This document shows positions 9,161 to 18,324 of a DNA stretch of 64,000 bases, in pieces; position 1 is the first letter of the stretch; each line of letters opens with the position of its first letter. The DNA comes from an uncultured Candidatus Saccharibacteria bacterium (GTDB lineage: Bacteria > Patescibacteriota > Saccharimonadia > CAILAD01 > GCA-016700035). The position numbers and the translations under genes are program-made. Under the pieces are notes generated by a model. It had not been told where the DNA came from. It was given only the letters and a program-made list of their open reading frames with translations, and did not search any database. The stretch covers positions 4,708-68,707 of the forward strand of contig CAYMMM010000001.1 of the NCBI GenBank assembly GCA_964391595.1, written 5' to 3'.

Positions 9161-10801
9161 TCAGTCTTCGGTGAGTGCAGCCTGACGCCGCGCCTCAAGT
9201 CGCTGCTCAGCTGCGATACGGCCGAGATCATATCGTTCATAGTCGGCGTAGCGCATCATCTCTGCAATTGCAGTGTGCCCGGCCACATTCTCGACTGCTT
9301 CGTGTATCGACTGACAGACCCGTCGGTAGTCGTCGTGGCCGGCGGGCTGAGTACGCAGCTCCACCATGTGTGTTAGCGCCCGGGCGTTGATCTGGATCGC
9401 GTAACGCATACGGTATGCGAAACCGAGTGCGTATTGAGGCTGAGCGTCAGCGGGAAAGACTCCACGCAGCTCGTCGAACAGCGCCGCCTGGGCTTCGAGT
9501 GCAGCGTCGTAGTGACCGCGCAGTCCCGATAGCTCAATCAGCGGTGGCACGATGTAGCCATGCACCGGCGTCAGCGTCTGCCAGGTCATGGTCAGCATGC
9601 GGTGCCGCTGAAGGTCGCGGAAGGCGCCGTAGTCGCTGAGGATCTCGAAGCGGTAACCAACCATCTCAAGCTGTCGCCCTGGCTTGTGACGCCGGTTGTG
9701 TGATCGATCACCGAAGTACGCTTCGAGTATCGACAACTTCTCATGATGGCTCATCAATTCCACGCGCCTACGCAGCTGTACCTCTGAGAAGTGCGTCTGC
9801 TCTGCCAGGATCGCGGCAACGAGCTTCACCTCATAATCGGGATCGAAGTCGAGTAGCTGTACCTCTGACGAGGTGGGCTCGAGCGTCAAGTCAGCCAGGA
9901 GTGCATCGGCTCGTTCGTTCACCGCTTCTCGATTTTGCTCGAGATAAGCACTCCAAGCGTTCCCGCGGTCTGGAAGATCGACGCGCTGCAAGAAGGATGG
10001 AATGACCTTGCGCAATTCCTTCAGCATCATGCCCGCGTATGCACGAGCTTCGGGCAGTGGATGAGCTCGCATGCGCAGCAACAGATGCTCGTACGACTGG
10101 CCCGAGCCGTAGATGCCCAAGTTCGAGATCGTCGCCGCAGGCAACAGTCCTCGAACATTGTCGAGCACTTTCGAACGTACCGACGCTTGCCAGGCAGGAA
10201 TCGACTGCCCATCAGCACGTGGATACAACTCCTCGGCCAGCGGCATGAGTTGCTCGAGCAGCCAGCTGTACTGCTGGAAGGTGATGTCCATGACATCCAC
10301 ATAGCGACCTGCCAACGGTGAGGCCATGATCTCGGGGTCGCGATAGTAGCGGTAGCGACCGTTCACGGTGCCGTCGTACCTGATGTAACGCGTCGATTGC
10401 TCGAGGTAGCCCATCAGGCGACCCCACTCGAGGATCTTGGTCAGCAGATTGCTGGCCTGCTCGCAGGCGAGGTGAGCCCCGCCCAGCTGCGCGACTGAAT
10501 CGTCGCCGTAGTCGCTGAACACCTTGTCGAACAGCTGTGTTCCGCGTTGAAGACCTGCGCCAGCGCCAGGTGCCACGTCCTCGGCTTCCTCGAGCTTCTC
10601 GTAGAACTCGGTGAGAAAAAGCCGACGCAGGCTCAACTCGGTGCGTGAGTAGCGCGCGAACAGTGCGGCGCGCACCACTTCGTCAAGTCCGCGCACTGCG
10701 AAGACCGGCAGATGCGTGTTGGTGAAGTAGCGCTCGAGGATTGCACACTCTGCTTCGGTGAACTCCTCGGCCGTGTAGCCGATGATGTCGGTTGGGGACA
10801 T
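9161..10801 (-). CDS. thyX: Flavin-dependent thymidylate synthase, tandem-domain type
   Basis: ALFARYSR, YGDDSVAQLG, LEQSTRY, RDLQRHR, ELRTQPAGH; GC-rich; start uncertain (10801-10840). Confidence 0.92.
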   Translation of the reverse strand: MSPTDIIGYTAEEFTEAECAILERYFTNTHLPVFAVRGLDEVVRAALFARYSRTELSLRRLFLTEFYEKLEEAEDVAPGAGAGLQRGTQLFDKVFSDYGDDSVAQLGGAHLACEQASNLLTKILEWGRLMGYLEQSTRYIRYDGTVNGRYRYYRDPEIMASPLAGRYVDVMDITFQQYSWLLEQLMPLAEELYPRADGQSIPAWQASVRSKVLDNVRGLLPAATISNLGIYGSGQSYEHLLLRMRAHPLPEARAYAGMMLKELRKVIPSFLQRVDLPDRGNAWSAYLEQNREAVNERADALLADLTLEPTSSEVQLLDFDPDYEVKLVAAILAEQTHFSEVQLRRRVELMSHHEKLSILEAYFGDRSHNRRHKPGRQLEMVGYRFEILSDYGAFRDLQRHRMLTMTWQTLTPVHGYIVPPLIELSGLRGHYDAALEAQAALFDELRGVFPADAQPQYALGFAYRMRYAIQINARALTHMVELRTQPAGHDDYRRVCQSIHEAVENVAGHTAIAEMMRYADYERYDLGRIAAEQRLEARRQAALTED

Positions 10802-10897
10802 CTTGTTCTCTCTTTCTGTCATGGTACTCTTGTCGAACAAGTCGTATCAATAATATCTGAAAACGTACAAAATACGAAATCATAAGGACTTTGTGAG

Positions 10898-10930
10898 AAA
10901 AAATACAGCCCCGGGATTGCTCCCGGGGCA
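10898..10930 (-). terminator. tmk terminator
   Basis: GCCCCGGGA-GCAA-TCCCGGGGC followed by TGTATTTTTT. Confidence 0.8.
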
Positions 10931-10939
10931 AGGCAGCAT

Positions 10940-11587
10940 TTAACTAGTAAGGACATTCTCCTCTAGTAACGTTTTGATCGCTAGCGACACGCGCTCGATG
11001 GACTGAAGCCCGTAGATCTCGTGAGTGGTATAGCCCATTTCACGCATGATTCTACAGGCATCCATATACCCGTTTGCGATCATACGTAAATACTGCTCAC
11101 CTTGTGACTCGAAGAAATCACGTGCTTCGCCGCGTCCATCAACACGTCTTTCTGATTCGTCGTACGGCAGCGTGATGACAATGAAGAGATCCGGTCTACA
11201 GATCGGGTCGACGTACTTCTCGTGGAGGAGTCTGATCTCGTCTAGGTCGGTACCCCCGACGATGCCTTGATACACGAAGGTAGAAGCTTCGCTCCGATCG
11301 GCGATCACCCATTCGCCAGCTTCGAGGGCTGGAAGAACAACGCGTCGTCGCATACCCATTCGAGCGGCTACAAACGTCAGAAGCTCTTCGTCTGCTTCAT
11401 GGTGAAGGTCGGGGTCCTTCAATACGAGCCTGAGCGCTTCACCGAAGGGGTCGCCCCCGGGCTCGCGCACTACGCGACATCTCTGCCCCATGCCAGCGAG
11501 CCAATTGGCAATGATCTCGCATTGCGTGCCTTTGCCTGCCCCTTCGGTTCCTTCGATGACGATGTACTTTCCTCTTTCAGTCATCAA
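10940..11587 (-). CDS. tmk: Thymidylate kinase
   Basis: IEGTEGAGKGTQ, REPGG, IADRSEAS, YQG. Confidence 0.95.
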   Translation of the reverse strand: MMTERGKYIVIEGTEGAGKGTQCEIIANWLAGMGQRCRVVREPGGDPFGEALRLVLKDPDLHHEADEELLTFVAARMGMRRRVVLPALEAGEWVIADRSEASTFVYQGIVGGTDLDEIRLLHEKYVDPICRPDLFIVITLPYDESERRVDGRGEARDFFESQGEQYLRMIANGYMDACRIMREMGYTTHEIYGLQSIERVSLAIKTLLEENVLTS

Positions 11588-12528
11588 CCCTCCTCGAGGT
11601 TTGCGATAGAATAGTCCGGGATTGGGAGCAACGGCAACGGGGCAACGAACTCATCCTTGTCGGCGCGAGGGATCATGCGCTTGACCGACCAGTCGGCGAT
11701 AGTCTTCTCGAGACTATCCGATGCCGTATGGTACTTCGATGATGTTCCGCCGTACGGCCGCAGCACGGCGCCGGTATGGTGAAACACGATCTGTGCGATG
11801 CGGTCACCTACGGCCAGGATGCACAACTCCTGGTTGAAATTGTGGATCTCCATAGTCCAGCGGGTTGCGTAGCCGGGATCCCCCCATCCCGCGTCAATGC
11901 AGACTGCGATACCGTTGCGGCCAATCGTGCTGCGAGACTGCATTGAAGTTGTGCCGGGTGGCAGAATCCCAATGAACTCATGTGTATGAGCCAGAATGCG
12001 CTCCCCTGGGAATACGGGGATGACAAGCGCATCATCGGGCAGATTTGCGAGCAGCCCAAGTCCATTGGACTCACAGAATTCGCGATGAGGTTTTGGCTTC
12101 TCGGCCCGGAAGAATCGCTCAATGTCCTCGGGGTTGCGGTGGTCGTAGATTGGGCTCTTATTGGCATTCGCTACGAAGAACCCGTCTCCACCCAGCGTTA
12201 CATCGACTGAACTCCCTTTGATGTTGGCTGGTACCAGCGGGTGGCAGATGATGTTACCGCGACGGATCGCACCAAGAATCTCGCTGTCCGAATACACTCC
12301 ACCGGCGATGCGCTCGATGTAGGCAAGCAGGTTCTTGACCCACTTCTCGAAAGCATCAGGAGTGTTCAGAAGAGCCTTGATCGCCCCCGGATCGGACAAG
12401 CCCGCGAGGATTGCGCTCCTGAGTTGATCCGACGCCCTCTGGTCAGGGTGGATGCCCTGTAGAAGAGAGGCTTGATCGACAGCTCGTCGCGTCTTATCGA
12501 CCAGTTCATCCAAGTTGTCACTTGGCAT
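11584..12528 (-). CDS. dcd: dCTP deaminase with ~75-aa N-terminal extension
   Basis: YSDSEI, SSVDVTLG, RSTIGRNGI, AGWGDPGY, TMEIHN, RIAQIVF. Confidence 0.9.
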   Translation of the reverse strand: MPSDNLDELVDKTRRAVDQASLLQGIHPDQRASDQLRSAILAGLSDPGAIKALLNTPDAFEKWVKNLLAYIERIAGGVYSDSEILGAIRRGNIICHPLVPANIKGSSVDVTLGGDGFFVANANKSPIYDHRNPEDIERFFRAEKPKPHREFCESNGLGLLANLPDDALVIPVFPGERILAHTHEFIGILPPGTTSMQSRSTIGRNGIAVCIDAGWGDPGYATRWTMEIHNFNQELCILAVGDRIAQIVFHHTGAVLRPYGGTSSKYHTASDSLEKTIADWSVKRMIPRADKDEFVAPLPLLPIPDYSIANLEEG

Positions 12529-12626
12529 ACCGTCTCACTTTCTTAGTAGGTACAAAACGATCTGTATTAGTGTAGCGGAAATGTGCATGAGCTCAAAAGC
12601 ATAAGATGTAAGAATGTATGATTACG

Positions 12627-12663
12627 CACTAAAAAAACACCCTTACGGGTGCTTTTTTTAGTG
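12627..12663. terminator. Terminator after rplA (A/T tracts on both sides)
   Basis: AAAAAAACACCC-TTAC-GGGTGCTTTTTTT. Confidence 0.8.
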
Positions 12664-12678
12664 TCGTGTGAAGCTAAA

Positions 12679-13620
12679 CTATTTCGCTACGAGTTCGGCG
12701 GTGTCGAGCTTCACGCCCGGTGTCATGGTGGCGGCAACGGTGATTGACTTCACGTATGTCCCCTTCACGCCAGATGGGCGGTTGGTTTGTACGCACTGTA
12801 ATACGGCGCGTCCGTTGGCAACGAGATCTTCTGCCTTGAAGCTGAGCTTACCGACTGCAGCGTGGATGATGCCGTTCGCATCGTTCTTGATCTCGAGACG
12901 GCCTTGCTTGATCTCCTTTACGGCAGTAGCTGGGTCAGCAGTCACGGTGCCACTCTTCGGTGATGGCATCAGTCCTTTTGGACCGAGCGTCTTCGCGTGG
13001 CGGCCGAGCTGAGCCATCGTGTCTGGTGTAGCTACTAGGACGTCAAAGTCGAGCGTACCCTTACCAATGTCGGCGAGCAATTGCTCTGAGTCAGTCACAT
13101 CAGCACCAGCTTCTGCAGCTGCTTTGGCTTTTTTGTCATCAGCTGTCAGTACTGCCACTCGAACGGTTTTACCACTTCCTGCTGGAAGTGCGGTAGATGC
13201 ACGGACGGTTTGGTCGGCCTGACGTGGGTCTATGTCAAGGCGAATATGGAGCTCAAGCGTGGGGTCAAACTTGGCGGTAGAAATCCTTTGAACGAGCGCA
13301 ACGGCTTCATCGAGTGTGTAGAGTTTATCGAAATCAATTGCTTCGCGCATGGCTTGTTGATTCTTGGAGTATCTCTTCACACGAGGCTTAGCCTTTGGCT
13401 TAGGAGCATCTGCTTTTTCGGCTGCCTCAGCTTTGCGTTCCTCTTTTGCCTCAGCTTCTTCTGCTTCTTTTGCGGCCTTGGCGCTGCGCTTCCCCGCTTT
13501 GGCAGTTGACGTTTTCTTGGCTGGCTTTTCTTCTACAGTCTCTACTTGTTCTTCAGCTACTACATCGGTTGGTTCGGTAGCGACTACTTCTTCTACGATT
13601 TCTTCAGATTTCTTTGGCAT
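12679..13620 (-). CDS. rplA: 50S ribosomal protein L1 with long E/K/A-rich N-terminal extension
   Basis: KFDPTLELH, LGPKGLMPSPKSGTV, TMTPG; start MPKKSEE after AAGGAG. Confidence 0.97.
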   Translation of the reverse strand: MPKKSEEIVEEVVATEPTDVVAEEQVETVEEKPAKKTSTAKAGKRSAKAAKEAEEAEAKEERKAEAAEKADAPKPKAKPRVKRYSKNQQAMREAIDFDKLYTLDEAVALVQRISTAKFDPTLELHIRLDIDPRQADQTVRASTALPAGSGKTVRVAVLTADDKKAKAAAEAGADVTDSEQLLADIGKGTLDFDVLVATPDTMAQLGRHAKTLGPKGLMPSPKSGTVTADPATAVKEIKQGRLEIKNDANGIIHAAVGKLSFKAEDLVANGRAVLQCVQTNRPSGVKGTYVKSITVAATMTPGVKLDTAELVAK

Positions 13621-13624
13621 AATG

Positions 13625-13670
13625 TTCTCCTTGTGGTGCAAGCGGCGGATAGATATCACGCCTCCCACGG
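13625..13670 (-). promoter_or_regulatory. Putative L1-binding leader upstream of rplA
   Basis: GTGGGAGGCG...CCGCCGCTTGCACCACAAGGAG, near-identical to the copy upstream of rplK. Confidence 0.75.
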
Positions 13671-13683
13671 GTTATTTAGTGAT

Positions 13684-14115
13684 TTACTTCTCGACCTCTA
13701 CACCCATTGAGCGGGCTGTACCAGCAATGATTTTCTTCGCGGCATCGATGTCGTTTGCATTCAAGTCTGCCATCTTAGTCTCAGCGATTTCGGTCAGTTG
13801 GGCATCGGTGAGTTTACCGACCTTTTCCTTGTTCGGAACACCACTAGCCTTCTGGAGGCCGAGAGCTTGCTTGATTAGCATCTTGGCAGGCGTGCCTTTT
13901 ACTTCGAAGGTAAAGCTCTTGTCTTCATAAATAGTGATCTTGGTTGGGCACTGAGCGCCACGCATGTCCTTGGTCTGTTCATTGAAGGCGTTAATGAAGT
14001 CCATCATATTTACACCGTGCTGACCCAAGGCTGAACCAACTGGTGGAGCTGGTGTAGCACCGCCTGCTGGGATAACCATCTTGAGTTTTGCTGAGATCTT
14101 CTTTGCTTCTGCCAT
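13684..14115 (-). CDS. rplK: 50S ribosomal protein L11
   Basis: [26 protein letters not shown]. Confidence 0.98.
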   Translation of the reverse strand: MAEAKKISAKLKMVIPAGGATPAPPVGSALGQHGVNMMDFINAFNEQTKDMRGAQCPTKITIYEDKSFTFEVKGTPAKMLIKQALGLQKASGVPNKEKVGKLTDAQLTEIAETKMADLNANDIDAAKKIIAGTARSMGVEVEK

Positions 14116-14121
14116 AATCTT

Positions 14122-14167
14122 TTCTCCTTGTGGTGCAAGCGGCGGGCAAATACCTCGCCTCCCACGG
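14122..14167 (-). promoter_or_regulatory. Putative L1-binding leader upstream of rplK
   Basis: Same motif as 13625-13670, overlapping the SD. Confidence 0.75.
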
Positions 14168-14186
14168 TTATTGTTTATTGTTCAAA

Positions 14187-14723
14187 CTAAATCTTCTTAA
14201 CCTGCAGGCTGTCAAGCTCGACAGGCGTTTCGCGACCGAACATGGTCACGAGTACTTTGATCTTACCCTTAGCTTCGTCGATTTCGCTGATTTGCCCATC
14301 GCAGCCCTTGAATGGCCCGTCGGTAATATTCACCGTCTCGCCTATCGAGTAGTCGATCATGAACTTCGGTTCCTCGACGCCCATGCGCTTTTGGATGAGC
14401 TTGACCTCATCTTCAGCCATTGGACTTGGTGTGGTGCCAGTTCCGACGAAGCCGGTAACGTTTGGCGTGTTACGGACGACGAACCAGCTGTCTTCGGTGA
14501 CATCCATATTCACCAAGATATAGCCTGGGAAAATTTTACGTTCGACAATGCGTCGCTTACCATTCTTGATTTCAATCTGGTTTTCTTTTGGTACGACGAC
14601 ATCAAAAACCTTATCTTTCATACCCATTGTATCGATGCGGTGAAGTAGATTTTGTGCGACTTGGTCTTCATACCCTGAGTAGGTGTGGATGACATACCAT
14701 TGGCCTGGTGACGATGTTTTCAT
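14187..14723 (-). CDS. nusG: Transcription factor NusG
   Basis: WYVIHTYSGYE, FPGYILV, VRNTPNVTGFVG, KOW GPF, FGRETPVEL. Confidence 0.98.
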   Translation of the reverse strand: MKTSSPGQWYVIHTYSGYEDQVAQNLLHRIDTMGMKDKVFDVVVPKENQIEIKNGKRRIVERKIFPGYILVNMDVTEDSWFVVRNTPNVTGFVGTGTTPSPMAEDEVKLIQKRMGVEEPKFMIDYSIGETVNITDGPFKGCDGQISEIDEAKGKIKVLVTMFGRETPVELDSLQVKKI

Positions 14724-14767
14724 GAGTTCCTTTGGTGAATATTATGTTATTGCACGACTATAGTTGC

Positions 14768-14956
14768 TTAGGATCTGGTGAGTAACTTTTCAAGAATGGT
14801 TCGAAAAAGCAGATCAAATCCAGCCAGATAGACTGCTACTACGAGAGTAAAAACCAATACTACAGTCGTCAAAAATATTGTTTGACGGCGGCTCGGCCAA
14901 ATAACGCGGCGGAGCTCTTGATATGAACTGGTGAAATAACGTAGTAATTTTTTCAT
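14768..14956 (-). CDS. secE: Preprotein translocase subunit SecE
   Basis: ELRRVIWPS plus a single TM helix, upstream of nusG. Confidence 0.93.
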   Translation of the reverse strand: MKKLLRYFTSSYQELRRVIWPSRRQTIFLTTVVLVFTLVVAVYLAGFDLLFRTILEKLLTRS

Positions 14957-15021
14957 ATAAAACGTGCTTAATCTAAAAAAGCCGCTCGGGCTTTACATGC
15001 GTATACATATTGTACAGTGCA

Positions 15022-15050
15022 ATTTTAACCTGTAGGGGTGTAGATGTCAA
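15022..15050 (-). promoter_or_regulatory. Sigma70 promoter for secE-nusG
   Basis: TTGACA-N17-TAAAAT on the minus strand. Confidence 0.75.
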
Positions 15051-15061
15051 TATTTCGAGGG

Positions 15062-16387
15062 CTACTTTCGGGTCACGAATTCACTGATGTTTACGGGTAG
15101 TTTTTCGTGGATGCTCGTGAAGAATCGTTGCGCTGGGGTGCGAAGTGCGATAAGTGCGATCGTAGCGATGATTGATAGCCCAACCAGGATCGTAATGACT
15201 TGGATAATGGCTGACTTCCGTGCCTTCTGGTGGGGCTTTGTGATGATGAGCTGTGAGACGGCTGATTTATAGCTCGTGTGAGCTATGTGGTGATAGACCA
15301 GTGCCCAATATCCTTGTGACCACAGGGTAAATCCAACCACGGCAGCATACATGAGGACTGTCGACAGTAGGATGAGGCCAGCTCGAGCGATTGCATGGCG
15401 ACCCACGGTGAATTGGCCGTAGCTAGCAGTAGACCAGATGAGAGCGAGCAGTAACCCGACTGCTAGTGTGGCGCTGAGGAGCCAAAACAGGCCAAATGCG
15501 AGGGTTCGCAAGAGTGTTCGCAATGTAAGTCCGAGGCTTTTGACGACTAGAAAGGCGGTGGATTGATTTGTGACCGCAAGCATGATTCTGACGATGGTTC
15601 TGTGCACAGCCATTATAGCTACCCCCAGGAGGAAAAGGACGAGGATAACATAGATCGAGAGACTTTTAATTTGAGTTAGATTTGAGTCAAATATCCTCAG
15701 AATGACTAGAGCTGTGAGGCTTGAAAAAGCCATGGTGGAGAATAGCTCGAATGCACTGATTGAGATGAGGCGATGAGATTTGGCCAGAGCTTGCCAACCA
15801 TATTCTTCTGCATCGACTGATCGATGGTCGATACGACGGATATTTGCTGCATAACTGACGAGTTGCAAGATGTGCCGAACCAGCCAGAGAATGAACGCAA
15901 CAGCTGCGATGGCGATCACGCTTATCACTATTCTGATATAAGGCGCGGTGAGAAGGCCGCGAATAAGCATGTATGCTTGCTGGATGGTGATGTTTTGGCT
16001 TTTTGTCAGGCTTAAGATTGCCCAAGGCGTGGCGGCGCAGAGCCAAAACCAGGGTGAGAGGATGGACATCACGAGTGCGGCATCAAAAGCGTGACGGTCT
16101 TGCTTTTCGCGGAAAGAACGCAAGATGACAGAAAGTACTGATTTCTGATGTGTCTGATGCTTAGGCTGCGCGGGCAGCGGGAGCGCTGGATGGCTCACTC
16201 GATGTGGGTGCATGAATTCTGCAGCGTCTGTATCGAGTTCGGAGCTTGCAACTGTCTGTGATTGCGGCGACTTTAGTGCGGACTGTCGTGTCGCACCAGT
16301 AAGCTTACGTCCGCTTTCGATCGAATATCGAATGCCGTCCACTGTCACGTGTCTTTGCGGTTTTTGATGATGAGTAGTGCGTTTCAT
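15062..16387 (-). CDS. Multi-pass membrane protein of unknown function, last gene of the crtI-crtE-crtB run
   Basis: ~7 hydrophobic segments, disordered N-terminus, starts 9 bp after the crtB stop. Confidence 0.7.
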   Translation of the reverse strand: MKRTTHHQKPQRHVTVDGIRYSIESGRKLTGATRQSALKSPQSQTVASSELDTDAAEFMHPHRVSHPALPLPAQPKHQTHQKSVLSVILRSFREKQDRHAFDAALVMSILSPWFWLCAATPWAILSLTKSQNITIQQAYMLIRGLLTAPYIRIVISVIAIAAVAFILWLVRHILQLVSYAANIRRIDHRSVDAEEYGWQALAKSHRLISISAFELFSTMAFSSLTALVILRIFDSNLTQIKSLSIYVILVLFLLGVAIMAVHRTIVRIMLAVTNQSTAFLVVKSLGLTLRTLLRTLAFGLFWLLSATLAVGLLLALIWSTASYGQFTVGRHAIARAGLILLSTVLMYAAVVGFTLWSQGYWALVYHHIAHTSYKSAVSQLIITKPHQKARKSAIIQVITILVGLSIIATIALIALRTPAQRFFTSIHEKLPVNISEFVTRK

Positions 16388-16396
16388 AGTTGAGGC

Positions 16397-17236
16397 TTAA
16401 CGATTATGCCAGAGAAAAAGTAGCTTTTCGTATGTCGGGATGCTGACTCGCTGGCTGTATACAGTATACTGCTTTTGCTTAATCCTTTCGAGTAGCTCGG
16501 CATAGAGTCTCAAGATATACCGCACTGGCCGCTGGTAGCTAGGGTGTAGGTCATCTATAGCACGAGCTGCGTGCGTCAAGTAGGTCTGCGCGCGCTTTGT
16601 CAGTATGGTTAGCGCACGTTCGAGACCGGCTTGATTTGTGCGTTGTAGGAGTTGCGCGGGCGTGAGTTGCGCTTCTCGCAAAACACTCTGGGGTATGTAT
16701 ATTCTCTGTAAGTCTATGTCGGTGCCGACATCGCGAATAATATTGACATACTGCATACCGATACCGAGCTGCTTTGCGCCGAGTAATGTTGAACGCTTGG
16801 TAGCGCCGAGTATGCGCGCGCACAGTATGCCGACGATCCCAGCGACCTCGTAGCTGTATCGATCGAGCTCTGAGATCGTGAGAGGCTGTCGAAACACGAT
16901 GTCACTTGTGACGCCATCAAGTACGGTTTCGAGCTCTGCGATTGGAATCCGATATACTTTGATCAGATTAAAGACAGCCGGCCATATATCCGTTTCGACT
17001 GGTGGCGATTTGCGGATGTGCAGCGCTCGTCGCATCATCATGAGCTGTCGCCGCTTCATGCTTGATGTGAGGGTCGTACTGTCAGCAATGTCATCGGCTA
17101 CTCTACAAAATGCGTAGAGTGCTTGGATCGCTTGCCTCGTTTCACGGTCAAAAAGATAGGTCGCGAGGGTAAAGTTGGAACTTGCACGGCGCGTAATTCG
17201 TGCGCACGCCGCTTGGCTGGCACGCTGGCTGGTCAT
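16397..17236 (-). CDS. crtB: Phytoene synthase
   Basis: LYAFCRVADDIAD, YSYEVAGIVG, MQYVNIIRDVGTD, RIYIP. Confidence 0.92.
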   Translation of the reverse strand: MTSQRASQAACARITRRASSNFTLATYLFDRETRQAIQALYAFCRVADDIADSTTLTSSMKRRQLMMMRRALHIRKSPPVETDIWPAVFNLIKVYRIPIAELETVLDGVTSDIVFRQPLTISELDRYSYEVAGIVGILCARILGATKRSTLLGAKQLGIGMQYVNIIRDVGTDIDLQRIYIPQSVLREAQLTPAQLLQRTNQAGLERALTILTKRAQTYLTHAARAIDDLHPSYQRPVRYILRLYAELLERIKQKQYTVYSQRVSIPTYEKLLFLWHNR

Positions 17237-18324
17237 TTTGTCCTACTTACCAGGAAGTCAGTTAAAGCAATGAATTCATCACCGAGCCCGCCTGGGAGCG
17301 CAAGTTTACCGATAGCTTGCTTTGCTCGGGCGGCTTCTTCTTGTGCGAGAAAGGTTGTTTTTGCCTTTGCACCGTTTGCGCTGAGGATTTTGCGAACAAG
17401 TTTGAGATCAGATTGCGTGACATTTGGATTGCCAAAGAATTTCTTCAGAATGACAGATTGTGTCTCATCGGCAAATGCAAAGCCATAGTGCATAAGCAGT
17501 GTACGCTTGCCTTCACGCAAGTCCGAGATGATTGGTTTGCCGATTTCGCGCGCCGCACCAAACATGCCGAGTAAATCGTCAGTGATCTGGTATGAAACGC
17601 CAGCGTGGAGACCATACCGCTCTAAGATTTGTAGGATTGTTGGGTTGGCACCAGCCAAAATTGCTCCGCTACGAAGTGGTGTAACCATACTGTAGCGAGC
17701 TGTTTTGAGTATATAGATCTTTTTAATTTTTTCGATCTTGAGGTGCTGTTCGGTGCTGGCGAGATCGTCAAGCTGCTGTCCTCCGGCAAGTTGAAAGTGG
17801 AGTCGATTCAGTTCACCCTTGAGCTGACTACGAACCTCGAACTCCACCGGCATTGTATCTAGTACTTCGTGGCACATACCTAGAGCAATATCTCCAGCAA
17901 GGAGTGCCATGTTGCGAGCGTGTAGGCCCGTGTGCTCGTCAGTAAGTCGTCGTTTAAAGAGCCGGATATAAGAACCTGAAATATTTGGCCCGCCATAACG
18001 CTGATCGTCTTGATCCATAATGTCGTCGTGTATCACGGCAAATAGATGATAAAGTTCCCAGGCGACACCAAGCTGGATAGCCTCCTTCTCACGTTTGCCA
18101 CCCGCTACTTCATAGCCGAGTGCCACGAGATAAGGACGCAGGCGTTTGCCGCCGCGCAGACTAAATTTCTTAAGTTCGCTGATAAGCCGTCTGTACTGAC
18201 TATCGATTTTGCTCGCTTCAGTCAGTTTCTTATCCCAGAGCTTCGTCAGCTCGATATCGATACTAGTCTTGACCTGCTTAATGCGGTTCTGGAGTTGCTC
18301 AGTCGATGCTGCGTTTGTAGTCAT
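17233..18324 (-). CDS. crtE: Polyprenyl (GGPP) synthase, IdsA type
   Basis: GGKRLRP, IHDDIMD, KTARYS, QITDDLLG, SDLREGK. Confidence 0.88.
   Translation of the reverse strand: MTTNAASTEQLQNRIKQVKTSIDIELTKLWDKKLTEASKIDSQYRRLISELKKFSLRGGKRLRPYLVALGYEVAGGKREKEAIQLGVAWELYHLFAVIHDDIMDQDDQRYGGPNISGSYIRLFKRRLTDEHTGLHARNMALLAGDIALGMCHEVLDTMPVEFEVRSQLKGELNRLHFQLAGGQQLDDLASTEQHLKIEKIKKIYILKTARYSMVTPLRSGAILAGANPTILQILERYGLHAGVSYQITDDLLGMFGAAREIGKPIISDLREGKRTLLMHYGFAFADETQSVILKKFFGNPNVTQSDLKLVRKILSANGAKAKTTFLAQEEAARAKQAIGKLALPGGLGDEFIALTDFLVSRTK

Noticed and set aside
10890-10901. TTTGTGAGAAAA shared upstream of thyX and the cargo gene (52538-52549); ACCTAC before the SDs of dcd, 35314 and 51661
   Set aside because: Short, low-complexity, inconsistent spacing; the first overlaps a terminator T tract
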